Source: Candidatus Omnitrophota bacterium
Lineage (GTDB): Bacteria; Omnitrophota; Gorgyraeia; JAHIPI01
Reading direction: 5' to 3'
Length of the DNA stretch: 64,000 nt
NCBI GenBank assembly: GCA_016783745.1
Contig: JADHVZ010000007.1
Span: 259 to 64,258 of the forward strand
The notes below the pieces were generated by a model. That model saw only the letters and a program-made list of their open reading frames with translations, ran no database searches and had not been told where the DNA came from. Made by a program: the position numbers and the translations under genes. Of the stretch, positions 19,060 through 27,100 are shown one piece after another (positions within the stretch are counted from its first letter, which is position 1; each line of letters begins with the position of its first letter).

Positions 19060-19459
19060 GATCTCCCAGCGTTTTCACATATTCGGCGTATTTTTTGCTG
19101 TCCATAAGATTATTTTTTTCGGATTCATCTTTGATCTCGATCACGGCTATCCAGCCTTCGGCATAAGGGGACTTATTAACGGCTTCCGGTGCGGATTCCA
19201 GGCTGCCGTTGACTTCCGTCACTTTACCCGACATCGGCGCGTATATATCGCTTGCGGCTTTGACAGAATCAATTGTAGCGAGGCCTTCGGACTGCTTCAC
19301 TTCCCTGCCGACCTCGGGTACCTCGACATAAGTAACGTCTCCCAGTTGTGACTGAGCAAAGTCTGAGATGCCGACCTTGCCTTTATTACCTTCAATAAGC
19401 ACCCACTCATGTTCTTTGGTATATAATAGATCATCCGGTATATTCATGACTTCTCCCAT
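19052..19459 (-). CDS. gcvH: Glycine cleavage H protein
   Basis: YTKEHEW motif and DSVKAASD lipoyl-lysine motif. Confidence 0.95.
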   Translation of the reverse strand: MGEVMNIPDDLLYTKEHEWVLIEGNKGKVGISDFAQSQLGDVTYVEVPEVGREVKQSEGLATIDSVKAASDIYAPMSGKVTEVNGSLESAPEAVNKSPYAEGWIAVIEIKDESEKNNLMDSKKYAEYVKTLGDHE

Positions 19460-20577
19460 TATACTACGTTCGAGCCTTGTATAGAACTTTTTTTATAAAA
19501 TGGTTTCTCTACTACGGCTGCCTTTATCTCAGCGGGGCCGTGTTTTATCACGATGGCCTCGCCTGCTTTGGAAAATTTTACGTCGACATAACCCAAGCCT
19601 ATCCCGCAGGAGAGACTTGGTGAAAAGCTGCCGCTTGTCACTTTTCCTATCTCTTTACCGTCTTTTAAGATAGAATAATCATGCCGCGGCGCGCGTCGTG
19701 AATCCGTTTTAAAGGCTATAAGGATCTTTTGAACGCCTTCTTTCTTTTGCCTTACTAAAGCGTCTTTACCGATAAAATCTCTATCAAAATTTACAAATCT
19801 CTCCAGATTCGCCTCGAGCGGAGTCGTTTCTTCGGTGACATCCCGGCCGTATAGGCTGAAACCCATTTCAAGCCTCAGGGTATCGCGCGCGCCCAATCCG
19901 GCGGGCTTCAACCTCTTGTCCTTTAAGAGGTGGTTCCACAACTCGGCTGCTTTTCCGGAGCTTATATAAAACTCATAACCAAGTTCGCCGGTGTAGCCGG
20001 TACGGCTGACTATACTTTTCTCACCCAGGACATCAAAATACTCGAAAGTATAATATTTCAGCCGCCCTATGTCCGGGCTTATTAATCCCGTAACTATTTC
20101 CCGCGAAAGAGGCCCCTGCAGATCAAGCTTCGCGAGCTTTTCTGAGCGGTTTTCAAAGATAGCGCCTTTTTTAAGATTGGCCTTGATGTGCTCCGCGTCT
20201 TTATCTATAGTAGCGGAATTGACGACCACCATCCATTCATCACGGGAGAGCCTATAAACTATAAGGTCATCTTTTATGCCGCCTTCTTTGTTTAACATGG
20301 GGCCGTAACGGCATTTTCCGACTGATATATTGCCTATAGAGAAAGAAAATATATTTTCCAGTCCGGTATCCGCCGCATCGCCCTTAATATAGAATTCACC
20401 CATATGGCATATGTCAAATAGGGATGCTTGCGTCCTTGTGTGGCTGTGCTCGGCAATGATCCCCTCATACTGGATGGGCATATTCCATCCGGCAAAAGGG
20501 ACCATTTTGGCGCTTGATTTTATGTGCTCATTCAGGAGCGGTGTGGATTTTAGGTTTGGCTGCATATCATACTTCAT
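19459..20577 (-). CDS. gcvT: Glycine cleavage aminomethyltransferase
   Basis: FAGWNMPIQY, RTGYTGELGYE and GLGARDTLRLE motifs; start codon uncertain. Confidence 0.95.
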   Translation of the reverse strand: MKYDMQPNLKSTPLLNEHIKSSAKMVPFAGWNMPIQYEGIIAEHSHTRTQASLFDICHMGEFYIKGDAADTGLENIFSFSIGNISVGKCRYGPMLNKEGGIKDDLIVYRLSRDEWMVVVNSATIDKDAEHIKANLKKGAIFENRSEKLAKLDLQGPLSREIVTGLISPDIGRLKYYTFEYFDVLGEKSIVSRTGYTGELGYEFYISSGKAAELWNHLLKDKRLKPAGLGARDTLRLEMGFSLYGRDVTEETTPLEANLERFVNFDRDFIGKDALVRQKKEGVQKILIAFKTDSRRAPRHDYSILKDGKEIGKVTSGSFSPSLSCGIGLGYVDVKFSKAGEAIVIKHGPAEIKAAVVEKPFYKKSSIQGSNVV

Positions 20578-20663
20578 CTGGCATATCCGCCTTCGCACAT
20601 ATTCTGTAGTTCAGGGTAGAATGGCTACGGCGGATTAATGCCCCCGCCTATGGCGGGGTCATT

Positions 20664-20692
20664 AAAAAATGCCTGAGCGAAAACCCAGGCAT
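20664..20692 (-). terminator. Intrinsic terminator within the gcvT leader
   Basis: Minus strand ATGCCTGGG-TTTTCG-CTCAGGCAT followed by a T-run. Confidence 0.65.
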
Positions 20693-20819
20693 ACGATTTT
20701 CATCGCCGGCTCCTTGACATGCTCGCGATGACCCTGAGCGTAGTCGAAGGGCCTGTTTACTTCACCATGGTCAATTCCATGAAGCCAGAAGTATCATTTA
20801 TAGTTGTTTACTGCTTATA

Positions 20820-20848
20820 ATTATAGTATTAATAAACACACTTGTAAA
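20820..20848 (-). promoter_or_regulatory. Promoter for the gcv leader
   Basis: TTTACA-17 bp-TATAAT. Confidence 0.6.
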
Positions 20849-20879
20849 GCTAAAATTAATAGGGACAGATACCTATTTT

Positions 20880-23564
20880 TTACCTCACATCGAATCGGAC
20901 GGATCTGGGTTCTGATTCAAGCCCGTCTTTATCTCTTGCCTTGACTTGCAAGGCGTGTTCGCCTATATCCAGTCCGCTTGAGATAGAGCCTACTAAAACA
21001 TGATACTCGGATCCCCAATTCGACCATTCTCCATGGTCAATATTGTAAGAATACACGAGGTCACGTCCGTCTTCGGCGTCATTGCCTAACCAATAGACTA
21101 CGAGATTCTGGTAGTTTTCCGCCAATAAGATCGTAGGACGGGATTCTTGTGCTTTTATAGTTATGGTTATCTCTTCTTCGGTTATTGACTTTGGTTGTCC
21201 TGAGGTGTTTAAGTCTTCTGCCGAGAAAGTAACCCTGTACTCTCCTGTTCTATTGTCCTTCGGATACCAGAAGAAGTAATAACCGCTATCGGATAAATTG
21301 TGGCCATTTCTTCTCCACCATTCGACCATAGATGCGGATAGTGGCCTAAAGTATGCCTCTTCCGGGAGACCATCCATGCTATACCGGATTTCGTCTCCGT
21401 CGGGGTCGGTCGCCGATATCGGGAAATAGAAATATTCTCCGACTGATATCTCTTTATCCCCTATCGGAAGCAGAACCGGAGAACTATTACTCTGGGTAAC
21501 GGATCTTGCCGCCTCCTGAGTATTTCCATACGCCCCAAGGTTTATTCTTCCGCCATTCGGCCCTAATTCGTTAGAATAATCTTCCGCAGGATCACCTGCG
21601 TCAATACACAGCGAATCTTCTCTTATACGCAGATCTTCCTTTGAGACAAACATCGGGTCTACATCTATATTGTTACCGAGCTCTCCGACGCTGCCGTTAT
21701 TGTCGCTTAATCCTTCGATGTTGTTATAAGTCACGCTATCATAATCTATACTGTCGCTCCCGTCAGACACATTGAAGAGGTACACATTTTCCTTCAGCTT
21801 TGAAGTAGGGGCGCTCGTCGTATTTCCGTAGACTATATTGTTCCTCACATCCAGATCCGCACTGGTGATCGCGAAAATACCGCTGCCGTTACTGCCTCTT
21901 TCGGTGGCATTGTGGACAATAGTATTATTCACCAATTCTAACGTGCCTGAACCGAGCGCCGTAGCGTATACTCCGCCGGCGGCTTGCGCGCTATTATTGG
22001 CTATCAGATTGTTCCGGATGCTGCAGTGTGCATTTCCGCTGCTGCTGGTTATTGAGATACCGCCTCCGGCTGTCCATGCGGCGGCATTATTACTGACCAC
22101 GTTATCGGTGATCGTGGCTGTTCTGATGCCGTTTCCAAGACATACGCCGCTTCCGTAGTTATCTCTGATGACGCTATCTTCTACGTAGATATCATCTATC
22201 CTTGCCGCATAGATACCGCCGTTTGTATAGTCAGAATCGACGTAGCCGGTCCCTCCGTTTGTGATCTTTAATCCTCTGATCGTCACACTGCCGTCAAAAT
22301 CATGGACATAGACGGTCGACGTACTGCCGTTGCCGCGGATCTCGGGCATAGCATCGGTGCTTCCGAAATTCGCTGCCATGGTGATCGGCCTTGTGATTTC
22401 CACGTTCTCCATGTATACGCCGGGTTCTATGAAGACTTCTCCGCCGTCATCGACGTTGTCTATAGCTTCCTGTATGGAAGCGAAGACAGTTTCATCATCT
22501 CCGCTTGCGTTAAGGTCAACTCTTGTTCTTTGGTAACCCCGACGCATAGGGACGTCGTATGTGATATCATGGACTTTATCGGAGAAACTGAACTGACCAC
22601 TTTTGAAACGTCTGTACCTCCGTACCCTGGCTTCTAAGGTGTAAGACAGATAGGTCGTATTGCCTCCCGAACTTTGGCTATACCTTGCTACGTTAGTCAA
22701 TTCGTAATACCCATCACTGTCCGTTATCGTGGTATATCCTATAGCATTGCCGCGCGCCATGGCAGAAGCGCTTACTGTGGCTCCAGCAATTGCCCTATCT
22801 GTAGCAGCATCATAGACATGGCCGCTGATAGTGCCGGGGCCCCACCATATGAATTGCACTATCACATTGTACTCGAAATCGTACGTACCTTGTGAAAAAA
22901 CGAGAGCTCCACTGTGGAACTCATCATGGTCCTCCTCAACGACATGTAATGTGTAACTAAGATATATCCTCTGTCTGTCACCTGCATGGACATACCTGAG
23001 CACATCGAATAGATATTCTCCGTCGCTGTTCGTCGTGGTCTCATATTCACGGGTGCCGTCGCTTGAAGTAAGTGTCACAGTAGCTCCCGAAAACCGCTCG
23101 GCGTGGTCGCGAACATAGCTGTACACAACACCTCTTATGGTGCCGCTGCTCGATTCGCGAGGAGTCAAAGCTACGTCATGGGTTATCACCATTACACCTT
23201 CAGAGAATGCGAGCGGCTGTTCGGTGTAATACACCTTATATCCTTGTGTTCCGGCAGCTATGTCATAGTTTCTCCATCCGCTTACCTCATCACCTCTCTC
23301 CAGATCGGTAAATACATACTCTCCGTTACTGTCTGTTGAAGTGACAATATAGCCATAGCCTATTAATATAACGGTAGCGTCAGCTAATGCCTCATTTGTC
23401 TCCATATCGTAGACTCTACCCCTTACCGTGCCTGAAGGCTCAGGAGTAAGCGCTACGTCATGAGTGATATCCTCTACCGTAGCGGAAAATACGAGCCAGC
23501 TGCTCTCATAATCCTCATACCCGTCTTTCTGAACATTCACCCTGTAATTGCTTAAAGAGCCGGT
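20880..23564 (-). CDS. 5'-truncated surface protein: carboxypeptidase-regulatory-like repeats, right-handed beta-helix, Ig-like domains
   Basis: Repeated GTxxGxVYD...ATV...TTDSDGxY units; beta-helix; CIDAGDP...RINLGAYG motif; no signal peptide, and the frame opens mid-repeat. Confidence 0.75.
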   Translation of the reverse strand, partial: TGSLSNYRVNVQKDGYEDYESSWLVFSATVEDITHDVALTPEPSGTVRGRVYDMETNEALADATVILIGYGYIVTSTDSNGEYVFTDLERGDEVSGWRNYDIAAGTQGYKVYYTEQPLAFSEGVMVITHDVALTPRESSSGTIRGVVYSYVRDHAERFSGATVTLTSSDGTREYETTTNSDGEYLFDVLRYVHAGDRQRIYLSYTLHVVEEDHDEFHSGALVFSQGTYDFEYNVIVQFIWWGPGTISGHVYDAATDRAIAGATVSASAMARGNAIGYTTITDSDGYYELTNVARYSQSSGGNTTYLSYTLEARVRRYRRFKSGQFSFSDKVHDITYDVPMRRGYQRTRVDLNASGDDETVFASIQEAIDNVDDGGEVFIEPGVYMENVEITRPITMAANFGSTDAMPEIRGNGSTSTVYVHDFDGSVTIRGLKITNGGTGYVDSDYTNGGIYAARIDDIYVEDSVIRDNYGSGVCLGNGIRTATITDNVVSNNAAAWTAGGGISITSSSGNAHCSIRNNLIANNSAQAAGGVYATALGSGTLELVNNTIVHNATERGSNGSGIFAITSADLDVRNNIVYGNTTSAPTSKLKENVYLFNVSDGSDSIDYDSVTYNNIEGLSDNNGSVGELGNNIDVDPMFVSKEDLRIREDSLCIDAGDPAEDYSNELGPNGGRINLGAYGNTQEAARSVTQSNSSPVLLPIGDKEISVGEYFYFPISATDPDGDEIRYSMDGLPEEAYFRPLSASMVEWWRRNGHNLSDSGYYFFWYPKDNRTGEYRVTFSAEDLNTSGQPKSITEEEITITIKAQESRPTILLAENYQNLVVYWLGNDAEDGRDLVYSYNIDHGEWSNWGSEYHVLVGSISSGLDIGEHALQVKARDKDGLESEPRSVRFDVR

Positions 23565-24089
23565 TTAGCGTCTAAAATGCCCAAGAATTTTCGCTTCGCC
23601 TAATACGTGGCCATTAATAGCCTGTAGAAGCTCTTTCTTAGTCAGCCCCGACTCCAGATCAAGCATAGCATCGAGAGCATATAACTTAAAATAATACCTA
23701 TGCGGGCCTCCGGGTGGAGGACAAGGCCCACCGTAGCCGATCTTCCTAAAATCGGTCATCCCCTGCTTTGCCCCATTGGAAAGCGCCTCATCAGCCGGCA
23801 CATCTTCCGGCAATTCAATAACACCGGCAGGAATATCGTATACCACCCAGTGCACCCATGTCATACCCGGCGCGTCAGGATCATCACATATTAGCGCGAA
23901 ACTCTGTGTTCCGTCAGGAATTTCACTCCAACTCAACTGAGGAGATACATCAGCGCCGCTGCATGTATACTTCGCGTCTATTATATCTCCGTCTTTAAAG
24001 GCCGCGCTTTTTAATTCCAAAGCCATAACTTCACCTCCCGCGAATATTAAACAACCCACTATTAATAATGCGATAAACTTTATCTTCAT
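23565..24089 (-). CDS. YbhB/YbcL (PEBP, Raf kinase inhibitor-like) protein, exported
   Basis: DDPDAP, WVHWV and YGGPCPPPGGPHRY motifs; signal peptide. Confidence 0.93.
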   Translation of the reverse strand: MKIKFIALLIVGCLIFAGGEVMALELKSAAFKDGDIIDAKYTCSGADVSPQLSWSEIPDGTQSFALICDDPDAPGMTWVHWVVYDIPAGVIELPEDVPADEALSNGAKQGMTDFRKIGYGGPCPPPGGPHRYYFKLYALDAMLDLESGLTKKELLQAINGHVLGEAKILGHFRR

Positions 24090-24150
24090 ATGCCCACCTC
24101 CTATTCTCGATTCTATCATATTACCACTGTATTAACAATTATAATTAGTA

Positions 24151-24189
24151 TAATTAGGGACGGAGCCTAATTAGGCTCCGTCCCTAATT
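24151..24189. repeat. Loop-less palindrome identical to 4720-4758
   Basis: TAATTAGGGACGGAGCCTAATTAGGCTCCGTCCCTAATT. Confidence 0.9.
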
Positions 24190-24190
24190 C

Positions 24191-27100
24191 TTAGTACACT
24201 CCCATGCCCGCACAATTACTATTCTGCGGGGTGTAGTCGTAGTCATCAGGGTCCCTGAAATATGGATCTTCGCTTATAGTCTCAAATATGCCTTCTCCGG
24301 CCACATCATACTGCTGGATATCAGAATTGAGAATGGTTATCGATAGAGCTTCATTATCACTTTGAGAAATATCCATGGGATCTTCTGTGTCATTAGTGTT
24401 ATTCCACATAATTGAATTGACCACACTAAGTTGATCGTTACCGTAACGGCCGGCGATCCCTGTATTATTCCTGTGCACAGCCCCATAATTGACTTTACCA
24501 TAACCACTTTGTCCATAGCCATTCTGGTAAGAATAAGTCATTAAGTCACAATAATTATCCGCTATTGTCGAACGGATGGCATAAAAAGCGGCATAGTTAT
24601 CCAGGAATATCGCGCCGCAATAGGAATCCGGCCCTGCCAGATATAGTGAAGCGGGCTGAGCAAGCCTGACCGTAAGATTATAATTATCAGCTATCAGGGT
24701 ATTATTAATACGCAGTGTTGATTGCCATAGAGTGTATACAGCCGATGCCCTTATGCCTTCGTTATCTATGATCCTGCAGTTGTTAAGTGTGAGATTCTCC
24801 GCATAGCTTTGTATGGGGCCATTCACACTTATGCCTCTATATCCCCTTATAGTAATTCCTTCTATCGCCACATCGCCTAAGCCTCCGAATGGATTTGCGT
24901 CGGTCGGCGTATGGCCGGGTACTTTTATCAAAATATGGTATCCTCCAAGCATGAAGACAGTGTTTTCAGGATCAGGATCCCTTGAGATCAAAGTGATATC
25001 TTGCGCGATCTCCAGATTTGAGGTAAATTGATAGATACTCGGAGTTATTTCTATTTCTTCTCCATCGTAAGCATTGTCTATTCTTGCTTTCAGTTGTTCA
25101 AAGTCCATCGTATTGTCGGCAACGCTTATAAGATCACTTTTTATCACAGCATCGCTTCCTCCGGGTCCTGTGACAGTAAGGGTTACATCGTAGTCTCCCG
25201 CCTCAGTATATGTATGGCTTGGCCTATCACCGTAGCCTGTATTGCCGTCTCCGAAGTCCCAGCTCCAATCGTATATTGTGCCCGTAGACGTGTTCACAAA
25301 GTATACTGTCAGAGGAGCCGCCCGTTCCGTCGGAGAAGCTGTAAAGTCAGCCGTTGGGAGCGGATAGGTTACATTGATAAAATTGATCTTTCTTTCTTCA
25401 GCGCTGCCACCGAGCCTGCCTATTACAATAAGCCGCACTGTATAAATACCCGGGCTTCTATATTCATGGGTAGGATTTCGCTCGCTGCCTATCCCGCCGT
25501 CACCAAAGCTCCATGCCCAGTATGAAATATCCCCTTCTGAGTTGTCCAAAAATTGTACGGTATGAGGTGCGGGGCCTGCCCTTGAGGAAAACTCTGGATC
25601 AATGTCAAAAACCGCTTTTAAAGACGAGCCGCTTACAGTCACAAGGCCTGCCTTAGTCTCAGTGTTACTTCCTCCCGGGCCTGTAGCCGTAAGAGCCACA
25701 TTATAAGTACCAGCTATATTATAGGTATGGCTTACCATCTGGCCGTATCCTGACTGTATTATATTGTCGTATCCTGACTCGTCCCCGAAGTTCCACTGTA
25801 AGGTGGATATGGTACCCATTGATGTATCTGTGAATGCCACTGTTAAGGGCGCATCTCCGCTCGTGCGACTGGTTGTGAAATTTGCCACAGGCGGATCAGG
25901 TATTTGGGCAGTGACTGTTATATAACTAAGCTTCATCTCATCGTCCCATCTGCGGCTTGGACCTCTCACTGCAAGGGCCACAGGATAGACTCCGGGATTA
26001 TTATAGATGTACAAAGGATTCTGTTCCCTGCTACTACCCCCGTCTCCAAAGTTCCAGAACCACTCGATAATATTGCCTGTAGATAGATCACTGAACTGTA
26101 TAGTAAGAGGTGCAAGTCCTGTTCTTGGATATCTTGCTGAGACACCGAAGCCTGCCACCGGAGCGGGGCTGCTAACTGTTACAAGGTTAGTCTTTACCTC
26201 TTCGTCGCTTCCTCCGGGGCCTGTAGCGGTCAAGCTTACAGTATATGTACCCGGATCATTATAGGTATGTGTTACGGTTTCACCATAGCCTGATTGTAAG
26301 ATGTTGCCGTAGCCTGACTGGTCTCCGAAGTTCCATGCGCTGCTTGTTATAGTGCCTGTGGATGTGTTGGTAAATGTCACCGTAAGCGGCGCATCTCCGC
26401 TCGTGGGACTGGTTGTGAAATTTGCCACAGGCGGATCGGGCGTCGGAGCGGTAACGGTTATATACCGTTTCTTTGTCATCGAGTCTCTCACGTCAGGACC
26501 TGACGCTATAAGCGTCACATTGTACGTGCCGGGGGTATTATAGGTATAGAAAGGGTTCTTTTTTGTATCTCTGCTCACTTGAACGCCGTCATGGAAATAC
26601 CACTGCCGGCTTGTAAAGTCTTCCGTAGATTCATCCTTGAATTGCACTGTAAGCGGCGCTGCCCCGTTTGTTGGAGTAGCGGTAAAGTCCGTGACAGAAG
26701 GGTCAGGTTGCGGTTCGGAGACAATTACATAGTCCTCCTTTATTACATAATCACTGCCGCCCGGGCCCCTGACAGCGTAGATGATATTGTAGGTGCCGGG
26801 TGTATTGTAAGTGTAGCTTGGGTCTTTCTCGGTGCTGATACTCTGCATGTCCACTCCAAATGACCATATATGATTGGTGACCTCGCCCACGGCCAGGGAT
26901 GTGAAGTGTATAGTAAGCGGCGCTTCATCTGTAGGCGGGTCGGGAGAGGTCGTGAAGTCCGCGGTAGGAGGAGGATACAGGATGGATATATAGTTATACT
27001 TTGTCTCTGTGTCTGTGTTTACGTCTGTTGTTATAGTAAGGCTTACCGTGCGATCTCCGGGATCATTGTATGTGTGTGTCGGGTCCTCTTGTGTGCTTGT

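Noticed and set aside
20600-20800. Glycine riboswitch or 6S RNA
   Set aside because: The consensus elements of neither could be found by eye.
25851-26440. DGR template/variable repeat pair
   Set aside because: Both copies are in-frame PKD domains, the differences are not adenine-specific, and there is no reverse transcriptase.
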